A stretch of DNA of 64,000 nt from Thermodesulfobacteriota bacterium (GCA_963675595.2 CAXXLZ010000002.1:2016001-2080000); one strand, 5' to 3'. Counted from the stretch's first letter, positions 9,415 to 19,258 are shown. The notes: a model not told the origin generated them from the letters alone. Numbers and translations are program-made.

Positions 9415-10128
9415 TCACCTCAAAGGCTTTGGAAAGGTTGGCCCATCCACCGGAACGACCCTCCCTCCCCTGATTTCCACTCGGTGATCCATCAGAGGAT
9501 CAAGGGCGTCGTCGGACCCGTTGTCAAAAACGAGAATTGCGGCATGATCTCGGGTCTTTCGCAGGCAGAGATGGTCCACCACCGTCCGGATATCCTGAAC
9601 GGACAAATGAGCTTGCAGGTCCTCCACAAGGATCACCCGACAGTCCTTGAGCAACTCTCTCACAAACACGGCCAGCCGCCTGTTCCCGTCGTCCACGTCC
9701 GAAGGCCGCATCTCGATGAAGGCGCCGATGTCGAACAATTCAATCATGGGAGCGGCATATTCTCGGGCTCTGTCCCATCCCCAATTGAAATGATACCTTT
9801 GGAAAAGGGTGATGTTTTCAATCAGGGTCAGGTTGCTGATCAGTGCGCCGGTCCGAGGCAGATAAGCCAGTTGCCGACGCAACGGCAGAAGCGCTTCTTC
9901 ATTGTCCGGATCCAGGTCTTTTCCCTCGAAACGAACGACGCCGGCATCCGGTGCCTCGAGGGTGGAAAAAATCCTGAACAGAGCTCGCTCCGCGGGCTCC
10001 CCGGCGACGCGGACCCCGACGCATTCTCCGGCCGCCAGACCTAAGGAGGCGTCGTGGAGGATTTCGCCATTTTCGTCACGCCAAGTGACCTTGCTGATTT
10101 CCATAACGAAGTCGGGCATTGGACTCAT
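9415..10128 (-). CDS. MlaF-like ABC nucleotide-binding-fold protein with degenerate catalytic motifs
   Basis: ABC scaffold (PDAGVVRFEG, ALISNLTLIENI, RPSD) between mlaE and mlaD. ATG 10128 overlaps the mlaE stop (ATGA). Confidence 0.8.
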   Translation of the reverse strand: MSPMPDFVMEISKVTWRDENGEILHDASLGLAAGECVGVRVAGEPAERALFRIFSTLEAPDAGVVRFEGKDLDPDNEEALLPLRRQLAYLPRTGALISNLTLIENITLFQRYHFNWGWDRAREYAAPMIELFDIGAFIEMRPSDVDDGNRRLAVFVRELLKDCRVILVEDLQAHLSVQDIRTVVDHLCLRKTRDHAAILVFDNGSDDALDPLMDHRVEIRGGRVVPVDGPTFPKPLR

Positions 10129-10931
10129 ACCATATACAGCAGCGCGGAAATCAGGACATTCCAAAGAATACAGGACAACATGCAGTACACCGCGGCCTTA
10201 CTGGTCTGCGGAGGAATGCGCGTGATGCTCCGTTCCGCTTTCATTCCCAAATACAGACTGATGTTGGCGATGATAAGGCCGAACCCCGCTCCTTTGACCA
10301 AGCCCGCCAGCAGATCGCTTTTCCCCACCGCGGCGGGAAAAGTTGAAACGATGTTGGAAAAGGGAATGCCCGTCAACAGCCAGCCGAAGAAATAGCCTCC
10401 TACAATGGCGCAAAGGTCAAAATACACGAATAAAGCCAGAAGCGAAACCGTCATGCCCGCCAATCTGGGTACGGCCAGGTAGTGCAGCGGTGGGATCCCG
10501 TCCATGGCCAAGGCCTCGACTTCCTTCAACGCCGTCATGTATCCCGTCTCAATGGAAATGGCCACCCCGGAGCGCAGGATGACAAAGAACGCGGTCATAA
10601 TGGGCCCCACTTCCCGGATGATGATCACCACCAGGAAGCTGTCCAGCAATTCCGCGCCTCCCACTTTGGAAAGCTGCTGATAACCTTGAATGACGATGAG
10701 GCCGCCAAGGATCACGGCGATCAGGCCGAGTATGGGAAGAGATTGCACTGCGGTAAAGTAGATCTGTCGGCGGATGATTTCGGAGATGACCTTTCTTCCG
10801 TTCCGACGGTAGGCCCAGGACGCACGCCGACACTGATTGAAGAAAGCGAAGCCTCCCAACAGGCCGGACGCGACCCGGAGGAATCGGCTCCCCACAAACC
10901 CGAAAAAATCACCCAACCGGGCTGTGACCAT
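10125..10931 (-). CDS. mlaE: MlaE-family ABC permease
   Basis: IREVGPIMTA...RSGVAI..E...M....EVEAL..DGI.PLHYLAVPR. Confidence 0.92.
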   Translation of the reverse strand: MVTARLGDFFGFVGSRFLRVASGLLGGFAFFNQCRRASWAYRRNGRKVISEIIRRQIYFTAVQSLPILGLIAVILGGLIVIQGYQQLSKVGGAELLDSFLVVIIIREVGPIMTAFFVILRSGVAISIETGYMTALKEVEALAMDGIPPLHYLAVPRLAGMTVSLLALFVYFDLCAIVGGYFFGWLLTGIPFSNIVSTFPAAVGKSDLLAGLVKGAGFGLIIANISLYLGMKAERSITRIPPQTSKAAVYCMLSCILWNVLISALLYMV

Positions 10932-10957
10932 GCTTCGCCTCCGGGCTGATAAGGTCT

Positions 10958-12115
10958 TCAGCTCTTCTTCATCAGGAACCTGAGCTGAATACGGTTCTGA
11001 GAGGCCTCTAGAATATCGACGCGAAAGGTCTCAAAATCCTTCAAAGCGAGTTCGTCGGCCAATTGCTGGGCGTTCCCCTCGAATTCGACCTCCAGCTTGG
11101 CTTTGCCGCCCCCGTAGGTCCGCTGGAATACTTTGGCCACCCCCCGCACCTGCTCTTTTAACAATCCCTTAAAACGCACGAAAGTAGCGTAATTCACCGT
11201 GTCGACGATGTCCACCGTGATGAGGGCCGCTACGGTCTGCCTGGCCCAAGAATCCACGATCCGGTTCACCAGCGACTTGGCGGCCACTTGGGAAGCCTTG
11301 TTCAGCGCTTCGACGCTTCCGGACATGGAATCGATGTGTGCGGCCGCAGCGGAGGCATTGGCGGATGCAATCACTTGGCCGTTGTCCACCTGAATGGCCT
11401 TGACCGATATTTCAGCGCGGTAGGAATGCATGTTGAAATCGCGGATTTGCCCTGCGTCTTTGGCCACGGCCCTACCGAACACCACCACTTCGGCGTCGTA
11501 ACGCCTCCCCAAGGCGGCGGCGTCCTTGTCCGAGGGCTCCGCGACATTCAGGCCGGGACTCTTCAAACTATGATCCACCACGGTGAAATGGTGATCCACA
11601 AAGTACTGCTGGAACGAGGTGTCCACAGTGAACCGACCCAAACCCGCCGAACCTTGCCACCAACCGCGAGGACCGGCCCCGCCGGAATCCTGTTCCGCGA
11701 TCATAAAAAGCACCCGTGGCCTGCCCATCTTGCCGATGAGCCGATCCAAGTCATCCTTCAAGGGGCCCATCTTAACTCTGGCTTCGATGGTCACTCGAAG
11801 CATTCCCTCTTCGACACGCTCGTTCAGCAAGTCATAGCCTTCTATGTAGCCGGCGGAACGCGCCGTGATCTCGTCGCTGATCACGGTAAAATTCTTGCTG
11901 AGGGTTTCGGAATCGATAAGAACGCCGACGGCGAGCTCCACCGCGTTGCGTTGGGCGTCCCTCAAAGCCCGGTCCCGGGCCAGGGCCGCGTCGCCGGCCA
12001 GAATCGCCCCGACTCCCTCGGCCTTGACCGTTTGCACCCCGGGTCCCGCCGCCCATGCATGGAGGGCCGATAGGACCACGAAGCACACCGCGAAACAGAA
12101 TAGGATTTTCTTCAT
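10958..12115 (-). CDS. Periplasmic protein with FlgT N-terminal/LPP20-like domain
   Basis: Signal peptide (AWA), then AEG....ARDRALRDAQRNAVELAVGVLIDSET. Confidence 0.75.
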   Translation of the reverse strand: MKKILFCFAVCFVVLSALHAWAAGPGVQTVKAEGVGAILAGDAALARDRALRDAQRNAVELAVGVLIDSETLSKNFTVISDEITARSAGYIEGYDLLNERVEEGMLRVTIEARVKMGPLKDDLDRLIGKMGRPRVLFMIAEQDSGGAGPRGWWQGSAGLGRFTVDTSFQQYFVDHHFTVVDHSLKSPGLNVAEPSDKDAAALGRRYDAEVVVFGRAVAKDAGQIRDFNMHSYRAEISVKAIQVDNGQVIASANASAAAAHIDSMSGSVEALNKASQVAAKSLVNRIVDSWARQTVAALITVDIVDTVNYATFVRFKGLLKEQVRGVAKVFQRTYGGGKAKLEVEFEGNAQQLADELALKDFETFRVDILEASQNRIQLRFLMKKS

Positions 12116-12177
12116 GGGTCACCCCTTGGCGATCAAACGAAAATCTATTGGACGTTTGGAATTCATTTCGAATCTCA

Positions 12178-13881
12178 TCACAATGTGGTGCCGAAAGTGA
12201 AGAATTTGGTTTCACCCGCCTGCACACGTACGGTACCCAGATCGACCTTTACTACACTGCGTTCTTTCAGGTCCAGGGAATCCGCCCCCAGCACGTATTC
12301 CCCCGGAGGGACATACAGCTTGGCGACCCGAATCTGGTGAGGCAAAGTCTGCCAGAATCTCAGGTCCGCACGCTCTGAAAGCACGGACGCAATGCTGCCC
12401 ACGACTCCCACCACGCGCCCCCATCCTTCGCCCCACCGTTGACTGACCTGCTCCTGGATGGCTTTGGTCGCCGCGTATTTCGCCGCCGCGCGAATTATGG
12501 CTTTGGCGACGATTCGTCCTTTTCGGTTTTCCAGGTTCTTCAAAGCGATTTCGCCCACGGGTTCGCCAAGACGGCTGCGGGCTTTGTGCACGGCCTTTTG
12601 GTCGACCCCCACGGCGGTGATCTCCGAAACCACCACCCGAAAAGGACGCTCCTGGTACATAGGAAAGGCCAATTTCACGATATGGCCGTCCGGAAGGGGG
12701 CTGGTGATGCTGCTCTCGACCTTTACCGGAGATTTGCCGTTGAAATGGATGAACACCAGGGTCGCGAGCTTCCTGCGATCTTCCAGGGTTTTGAACGGCA
12801 GGTCTCCCACACTCTTGCGCGCCGACTTCCAGTCATCGCCGCCCATCCATCGGGCAAGCCTCAGGTAGTCCTCTTTGAGCAACGAGGGCGTTCCCACACC
12901 ATAGTTCGTTCTGTAATCCTCTTCGTAGAGCTCGACGGCTTTGCGGTAGGAAACGTAGGCATCGTTCAGGTTGCCCGAACCGGGCTCCGCTTCGTACATC
13001 ATGCCCATAAGCCAGCGGACGAAAGCGTCTTCTTTGTAGACGTTCTTCTTGTCGGAAGGATACTGGTTGTTGATGGAGGCCAGTTTGGAATCGACTTTCC
13101 GTGCTTCCACCAAAGCGTCTTCCATCATGCCCCGCCGCGCGTATCCCAGAGAAAGAAACAAATTGAGCAGTACGGATTCGAAATCCTCCCCGCGATAGGG
13201 AGCGGTGAGATCGTTGATGATGAACGTGGATGCCTGTACGGTGAGACTTTGGGTGTAGAGTTCCTGGTCCAGCCGATCCGCCTCGGTGAAGAGTTTCACC
13301 GCGGCTTCGTCACGACCGGCATAGAGATTCATCAGAGCCGTCTCCATAAGATGGAGCAGCCGGTCCTTTCCGAACTCTTCTCGACTCTCTTTAAGGGCCG
13401 ACTCCGCCGAGTCGAAATCGCCCTTTTCGCACAGCGAAGCCACCTGTTCGTAAACGGGAAGCTGCGGTCCGGCGTCCCCGGATGACTCCACCGTCTGTTG
13501 GATGGAAACCGGTGCGGATTCTTCATCTGAGGCCTCGGCTTCGCTCGTGGGCTGAGGCAAGGTGCGCCCATCGGCCTTGTCGCGCTCCGACTTTTCCTCG
13601 CGGCCCGGACCTTGCCGGGCCTTGTGGCCGCCGTCGGAAACCCGAATGAGGCCGGGACCGCCCTCCGCGGAAAAAGGATCGTCCCGCTGATGCACGGGGG
13701 CCGTTGCCTTGCAGGCGACCATCCACAACAAACACAATACCAGGCCGACCGGAATGAGCCGAGAGGCCCGTAACCACGTATTCCGCTCTTCCGGTCCCTC
13801 TCGCGGCACGAGAACGCTATCTCCCGATAACCGTGCCCGGTTCCGATTTTCAAGACGAACTGAAGCACTGCGTTCGGACAT
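12178..13881 (-). CDS. COG3014-family TPR-like lipoprotein
   Basis: Lipobox MVAC, YRGEDFE, ALVEAR, ERADLRFWQTLP. Start uncertain. Confidence 0.8.
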   Translation of the reverse strand: MSERSASVRLENRNRARLSGDSVLVPREGPEERNTWLRASRLIPVGLVLCLLWMVACKATAPVHQRDDPFSAEGGPGLIRVSDGGHKARQGPGREEKSERDKADGRTLPQPTSEAEASDEESAPVSIQQTVESSGDAGPQLPVYEQVASLCEKGDFDSAESALKESREEFGKDRLLHLMETALMNLYAGRDEAAVKLFTEADRLDQELYTQSLTVQASTFIINDLTAPYRGEDFESVLLNLFLSLGYARRGMMEDALVEARKVDSKLASINNQYPSDKKNVYKEDAFVRWLMGMMYEAEPGSGNLNDAYVSYRKAVELYEEDYRTNYGVGTPSLLKEDYLRLARWMGGDDWKSARKSVGDLPFKTLEDRRKLATLVFIHFNGKSPVKVESSITSPLPDGHIVKLAFPMYQERPFRVVVSEITAVGVDQKAVHKARSRLGEPVGEIALKNLENRKGRIVAKAIIRAAAKYAATKAIQEQVSQRWGEGWGRVVGVVGSIASVLSERADLRFWQTLPHQIRVAKLYVPPGEYVLGADSLDLKERSVVKVDLGTVRVQAGETKFFTFGTTL

Positions 13882-14037
13882 TCGGGTCGGTTTGCACGCC
13901 TGATGGGCGATTGCCTCTAGTCGAAGATTGGCCGTATTCTCCTCACTTTCTCATTTCTAGGCACAAGAGACCAACGCGCCGATGCTCTCTGACGCATGGC
14001 CCCGAAACCTTATTAAATTAGGAGAAATCCCAGGATT

Positions 14038-14646
14038 TCAGAAGGTGAACCGTGACCGGCTCACCACTTTCTTGATCTGCTTCTCCCCGATCCAGGACTT
14101 TCTGTTGCTTTCCAGCTCGGTCAACTCCATATTCACCTGATAGAAGATCACGTATTCGCCTTTGATCTCATCCTTGATCGAGTTCACCGTGCCGTGGAGC
14201 ATGAAATCGGCGCCCGTTTCCCCGCTCAGTGACTTGGCGGTTTCGGCGCTGGTAAATCCGGACTGCATATCCGCCTTTTCTTGTCTCAAGGCCCGACGCT
14301 CGTCTTTCGAAGCGACGAAATCAACTTCGCCCGAATTGATCAACGCGCGCTCCAAATTTTTTTCGAATACCTGGGTGTTGATGTGCTCATGGCTCCGGTT
14401 CAGAATATCCCCCACGATGACCACGGGAGGCTTTCCGCCGTGAGTTTCACGAAATCGGCCCAGCCAGGGACGACTCAGGCAGTCGGCGATCATTTCGTCG
14501 GCCACGAGCCGCGCGTCCGTGTCGTTCCAACGACCGCTCAAGTCCACGGTTTCCGTAATCTCCGTTCGACGCACTTCCGGAGCCGCCGAACAGCCCAAAA
14601 CCAACAGTACCACCGGAATCACCACCCACATGCTCAATCTCGTCAT
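14038..14646 (-). CDS. lpoB: LpoB-family (PBP activator-like) lipoprotein
   Basis: Lipobox VLGC, DLSGRWNDTDA, NRSHEHINT, ETGADFML; SD GGAGG before ATG 14646. Confidence 0.8.
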   Translation of the reverse strand: MTRLSMWVVIPVVLLVLGCSAAPEVRRTEITETVDLSGRWNDTDARLVADEMIADCLSRPWLGRFRETHGGKPPVVIVGDILNRSHEHINTQVFEKNLERALINSGEVDFVASKDERRALRQEKADMQSGFTSAETAKSLSGETGADFMLHGTVNSIKDEIKGEYVIFYQVNMELTELESNRKSWIGEKQIKKVVSRSRFTF

Positions 14647-14850
14647 CAGGACCTCCTCTTCACATTTGTTTACCTTTTGACAAATACCACGATGGTGCCC
14701 ATGGTGCAATGATGTCGTACATCGCGGAAGCCCTCCGGCGGGCCGTGCCGAGCTCCCCCTTTTTCCTTGAACGCACGACCCGAAGTTGTTAATTAGTGCC
14801 TTTAACTTAAGCGATGCAACGGGTCAAGAAGGACCTCCCGGAGGAAAACC

Positions 14851-16146
14851 ATGCTGGAACCGCAATTCCTGAACAAACTGACATCGGCTCGCCGATCCCA
14901 ACTCATGGACCGTTCCATGGAGGATGTGTCCGCGGTTTTGGAGGACATGAGGAAGATCGTCCGAAACATCGCCGCGGACGGGGATATGGTTACCGTTCAG
15001 CACTATCGTAAGCTCAAGGACGACATTTCCGAATCGGACCTCAAAGTAACACGGGAAGAGACGGAACGAGCCTATGAAGAATTAGACTCCAGGATCATCG
15101 ACGGCCTCAAACAGGCCATCCGAAATCTGGAGCGCTTTCATCGCGCTCAACTGGAACGGGAAATGTGGATCATCGAGGTGGCCCCGGGGATCCTGGCCGG
15201 GCGAAAGACCACTCCCATGGACATTGTGGGCGCCTACGTTCCCGGTGGGAGAGCCGACTACCCTTCGAGCGTGCTCATGAACATCGTGCCCGCCAAAGTT
15301 GCCGGCGTTTCCCGAGTGGTGGCCTGCACCCCCCCCGGGCCGGGCATGTCCGTGAGTCCCGCCACCATTGTGGCGGCCGATTTGGCGGGCGCGGAAGCTC
15401 TCTACAAAATGGGAGGGCCCTGGGCCGTGGGCAGCATGGCCTACGGAACGCCCCTGGTTCCCAAAGTGGACAAGATCGTGGGTCCCGGAAACAAATACGT
15501 TACCGCCGCCAAGATGGCGGTGTTCGGTGTCGTGGATATCGACTCTCCGGCCGGTCCCAGTGAGGGCCTCATCCTGGCGGACGATTCCGCCCGAGCCGAC
15601 TGGGTGGCCGTGGACTTTCTCAGCCAAGTCGAGCATGACCCGGACGCGGCCGCGGTGCTGATCACCACTTCGGAAAGGCTGGCCCGCGAAACCGCAGGTC
15701 ACATTGAACGCATTTTTGAAACCGTTCCCCGTAAGGAAATCATTGGCGAAGCCCTGAAGAAAAATTCCGCCATACTCATCGCCGACACCATGGATGCGGC
15801 CATTGAGTTCACCAACGAGTACGCGGCCGAGCATTTACAGCTATGGACCTCGGACGTGTGGCAGACGTTGACGCGTATCCGACACGCGGGCTCCATTTTC
15901 ATGGGACCCTACTCCCCCATTCCGGCGGGGGACTATGCTTCGGGGACCAACCACGTGCTTCCCACCGGCCGATGCGCCCGCATGTTCAGCGGACTCAGCG
16001 TGGACGACTTTATCAAGAAGCCCACTTTCCAATATCTTTCCAAGGCCGGGCTCGAAGGGCTCAAAGAGTCCGTCATTCACCTCGCCGAGTACGAGGGACT
16101 CCCCATGCACGCCCAAACCATTCGAGTACGTTTCGAGGAAGACTGA
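14851..16146 (+). CDS. hisD: Histidinol dehydrogenase
   Basis: [50 protein letters not shown]. Confidence 0.92.
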   Translation: MLEPQFLNKLTSARRSQLMDRSMEDVSAVLEDMRKIVRNIAADGDMVTVQHYRKLKDDISESDLKVTREETERAYEELDSRIIDGLKQAIRNLERFHRAQLEREMWIIEVAPGILAGRKTTPMDIVGAYVPGGRADYPSSVLMNIVPAKVAGVSRVVACTPPGPGMSVSPATIVAADLAGAEALYKMGGPWAVGSMAYGTPLVPKVDKIVGPGNKYVTAAKMAVFGVVDIDSPAGPSEGLILADDSARADWVAVDFLSQVEHDPDAAAVLITTSERLARETAGHIERIFETVPRKEIIGEALKKNSAILIADTMDAAIEFTNEYAAEHLQLWTSDVWQTLTRIRHAGSIFMGPYSPIPAGDYASGTNHVLPTGRCARMFSGLSVDDFIKKPTFQYLSKAGLEGLKESVIHLAEYEGLPMHAQTIRVRFEED

Positions 16147-16160
16147 AGCGGTCAATAGAC

Positions 16161-16308
16161 AGCCCGTTGAAAAAAGCCGGCTGCGGAAGGTTGGTGAAAA
16201 ACGATGAGATGCAAGGCGCACAAATCCTGAGGAATGAGTCGTACATAGAGTACGTCGCAGTGACGAGTGATGTAGCGCAACGTCGCGGATCGCGTTTTTC
16301 AACGGCCC
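16161..16308. mobile_element. Non-autonomous MITE/REP-like repeat
   Basis: 11-bp terminal inverted repeats CCGTTGAAAAA (16164-16174) / TTTTTCAACGG (16295-16305); internal CGTAC-N5-GTACG palindrome; no transposase. Confidence 0.65.
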
Positions 16309-16322
16309 GTTGAGAATACCTG

Positions 16323-16356
16323 CGGGGAATCCCTACCCAAGGGAACGGATTCCCCG
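16323..16356. repeat. Stem-loop between convergent genes
   Basis: 10-bp perfect inverted repeat CGGGGAATCC/GGATTCCCCG. Confidence 0.5.
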
Positions 16357-16597
16357 TCGTTCTTCTCCAAGGCTGTCCGTCTCATTCTCAGCACAAGACC
16401 GCAGGCAAAGCGACCTCTTTTTGCGCGGGATTCATTTCGTAGAATCGAACAAAAGGAACGGCGGGACGTGGCCTCGTCCACGCCGTGACGTTCGTTGACC
16501 GGGATGGGGGGTGCGGAGGGAAAAGGGGCGGGGCTTCGCCCGGGTGAACATGCGGAAGGCGAACGCCTCCCGTGAGCCAAGACCCGGCGTGGAACGG

Positions 16598-16951
16598 TTA
16601 AGCGGGCCCCTTCTTAATGAATCGCAGCAGTCCCGTGCCGGGAAGCCTGACCTCCAGGGAGTCTTTCGATATCTTTCCCAGTACGATGCCTCCCTCCCGG
16701 GTGCGGAAACGAATATCACCATCACTCTCATCCCATCGGAAGGTCACTTCCTCCTCGGAGGTTCTCCACACTCCCTGATGGTCTTCTTTGAGTTCGATTT
16801 CCGTGCCGGCATGGCTCGAGTTTTCACCGTCCGGTACCTCGTAGACCCCGATATACCCTTCGGGCTTGCTACAGGCCCAAAGGCAGACCACCAGAAGAAT
16901 CAGCACCGCCGACGTCGCCCAATTCAACGACCGATTTCTCCGATTCACCAC
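16598..16951 (-). CDS. Hypothetical lipoprotein
   Basis: GTG start after AGGGGG; lipobox LWAC followed by a beta-rich domain; directly downstream of the DoxX gene. Confidence 0.65.
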   Translation of the reverse strand: MVNRRNRSLNWATSAVLILLVVCLWACSKPEGYIGVYEVPDGENSSHAGTEIELKEDHQGVWRTSEEEVTFRWDESDGDIRFRTREGGIVLGKISKDSLEVRLPGTGLLRFIKKGPA

Positions 16952-16959
16952 ATCCCCCC

Positions 16960-17457
16960 TCAGGACGCTTCGGCCAATGACCGGTTTTTCAGACCCAACC
17001 CGCCTCTTCGAAGCAACAGAATCCGATCGAAGAAAAAGACCTGCATGATCAACGCGAACCATGACAGGTCCCGAAACACTTCCCACCATCCAATCTGCGG
17101 TCCCACACTGTCGAAACACCCGCAGCTGATGTTCGATCCTCGGATTATGTTGATGAGGATGGCCGCGGTGAATCCCAGCAGCATGGCCCCGATGGTAAAC
17201 GAGGCCGCCCTGGTGACCAGTCCGATCACCAGAAAAAGACCGCAGATCAATTCGAGCCAAGGCACGAACACAGCCAAAAGGTTGATGGACCACCACGGAA
17301 ACAACCTATAGGCAATAAGGTTCTCCGCGAATTCCGCCGGGTAGGGAATCTTACTCATACTGGCGTAAATGAAGACCAAGCCCAGGTACAACCTCAGCAC
17401 CAACGCCAGGTGCGGACTCGTCACAAATCGCTTTATCGATTTTGGCATTCCCGTCAT
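16960..17457 (-). CDS. MauE/DoxX-family membrane protein
   Basis: LRLYLGLVFIYASMSK, PWLELICG, ISCGCF motif. Confidence 0.9.
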   Translation of the reverse strand: MTGMPKSIKRFVTSPHLALVLRLYLGLVFIYASMSKIPYPAEFAENLIAYRLFPWWSINLLAVFVPWLELICGLFLVIGLVTRAASFTIGAMLLGFTAAILINIIRGSNISCGCFDSVGPQIGWWEVFRDLSWFALIMQVFFFDRILLLRRGGLGLKNRSLAEAS

Positions 17458-17460
17458 AGT

Positions 17461-18387
17461 TTAGGAATCTTCCTGTACCGCCACGGGGTACTGTTGCTTC
17501 TCCCATCCGGAGAGTCCCTTCTTCATGATCGACACGTTACGATGACCTCTCAAGACCAGACGATAGGCGACCTCCGAATCATAACGACGACTTACGTTGC
17601 GCCCGTAGACAATGATGGGTTTCTCCTTGTCCATGGACCCGAATTGCATCATGTACACAAAATCGAACACGGGCAGAGGAAGATTCACCGCACCTTTGAT
17701 GTGTTCCTCGTCGAAAAAGTTCGAGGGGCGGGCGTCCACCATGACCGCTCCCCGGTCAAAAGCCGCCTTTCCTTCCTCCGGGGAGACGAAGGTCACGGAG
17801 TCGTGCGCGTACGTTTTCGGAATCCACGGAAGGCCGTTGGGGTTGGCCGTGTTGAAGATAAGTCCGCAAAGCACGACCACGGCCGCAATAAAGGCAAAAT
17901 CCAACCAGGTAAGCCTCGGCGGCTGCAGAGCTCGTTCCGTGGCGGTCTGCAGCCGAGCCTCATCCCGCAGCAGCCATTCGGACATCTGTTTCACAAAGGC
18001 CAGGGACACATCGGGATGCCCCTGTAAAATCCGATCGAACTCTTCCTTAGGCAGCACCGTAACTTCGGTCTCATCCAAAGCACGGATGCACGCGGAACGG
18101 GGTTTTCCGGTCAACAAAGCCATTTCACCGAAACTGTCCCCGGGGCCCAGCACGGATAGCTGAGTTTCGATACCCTGGTCCCCTTTGCGGAACACCTGTA
18201 CTTTTCCCGAACGAATAATATAGAAGCTGTCTCCGGGGTCTCCCTGCTCAAAAATCATGGTGCCCGGCGACAGCGTCTTTTCGGTGACCACCCGGGCGAA
18301 CTCGAGGAGCTGTTCACGGCTCACACCCTCGAAAAGGGAAGCCCCCGCGAGTGTAGGCCTCATGTCTTGCTCTTTTGGGTCGTCCAT
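17461..18387 (-). CDS. cNMP-binding domain + TM + rhodanese-like domain fusion
   Basis: GDSFGEMALLTGKPRSA; TM helix; VDARP..F..EHIKGAVNLP, IIVYGRN, KGLSGW. Confidence 0.85.
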   Translation of the reverse strand: MDDPKEQDMRPTLAGASLFEGVSREQLLEFARVVTEKTLSPGTMIFEQGDPGDSFYIIRSGKVQVFRKGDQGIETQLSVLGPGDSFGEMALLTGKPRSACIRALDETEVTVLPKEEFDRILQGHPDVSLAFVKQMSEWLLRDEARLQTATERALQPPRLTWLDFAFIAAVVVLCGLIFNTANPNGLPWIPKTYAHDSVTFVSPEEGKAAFDRGAVMVDARPSNFFDEEHIKGAVNLPLPVFDFVYMMQFGSMDKEKPIIVYGRNVSRRYDSEVAYRLVLRGHRNVSIMKKGLSGWEKQQYPVAVQEDS

Positions 18388-18453
18388 GCAAGCCGCCTTA
18401 ATATGCTCACCCCGGAAGCGCGTCCGGGGTACTCGTCCAAAAAGCCGATACGA

Positions 18454-19023
18454 TCATTTGAGATGTTGCCTGATCTCGGCAAGAAACTGCTCCACGTTAT
18501 GAATGACGCCCTGGTGGGTGAGGACGATTTTTCGATCCCGATCCAGCACCACGGCGTAGGGCGTGTCGGGCTCCCCCAATTGCTCGAAAATCGTCCCGCT
18601 TTCGTCGGGGATCAGGGGAAACTTTACCCGAAAGGCCTTTCGGAACATCTTTACGTCTTCGTAGTCCGATTCGTGGGCCACGCCGACGATCTTCACGGCC
18701 TTGTCCAATGCGGGATCCTGCACCAGGTAATTGTGAAGTTTGTTCATGTTCGGGGCGTTTTTCTGGCAGGCCTGACAGAGAACGCCGAAAATATCGACGT
18801 ACAAAAGCTCCGCGGGCACGTCGGATCTGTGAAACTCTTTTTTTGCTTCGAGCCCTAAATAAGCCCGATCCTTGTCCGACGACGGGGCGGAAAAAGTGAA
18901 ATCGGGAACCACTTCCCCGACTTTGAACTTCGGCTCTCCTGCGGATGCGAGGCGGACGGCCGCCGGCCCGGAAAGCACTAGAACGCAGATGACCAATAAA
19001 CACGCGACGCTTTTCAATTTCAC
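18454..19023 (-). CDS. Exported TlpA/redoxin-like thioredoxin-fold protein
   Basis: Signal peptide, VGEVVPDF, CQAC, FPLIPD, TP cis-Pro loop; SD AAGGAG before GTG 19023. Confidence 0.85.
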   Translation of the reverse strand: MKLKSVACLLVICVLVLSGPAAVRLASAGEPKFKVGEVVPDFTFSAPSSDKDRAYLGLEAKKEFHRSDVPAELLYVDIFGVLCQACQKNAPNMNKLHNYLVQDPALDKAVKIVGVAHESDYEDVKMFRKAFRVKFPLIPDESGTIFEQLGEPDTPYAVVLDRDRKIVLTHQGVIHNVEQFLAEIRQHLK

Positions 19024-19204
19024 GACGGGTCTCCTTGGGTTCGATGGGCCGCCGATGAAAGGCGGAGGTTTGAGTGTACCACAGGTGCCGGCGGAAGGGT
19101 AGTCAGTTCGGAAGAGGAGGTGTGGGAAATCAACCGGATTCCGGATCATCGAATCACCTGCGATCCGGCCGAAGATGGAAACATTGGGGGCTCCTTGCTG
19201 CGGG

Positions 19205-19234
19205 GAGGGACGACCCCGCCTGAAGTCGTCCCTC
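19205..19234. repeat. Stem-loop downstream of the flavodoxin-like gene
   Basis: 10-bp perfect inverted repeat GAGGGACGAC/GTCGTCCCTC. Confidence 0.45.
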
Positions 19235-19258
19235 GTTCGGCGCGAGTCTCTTCCTCAC

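Noticed and set aside
14851-16146. HpsN (sulfopropanediol dehydrogenase) identity
   Set aside because: GDY..GTNH is HisD-type and there are no sulfonate genes nearby.
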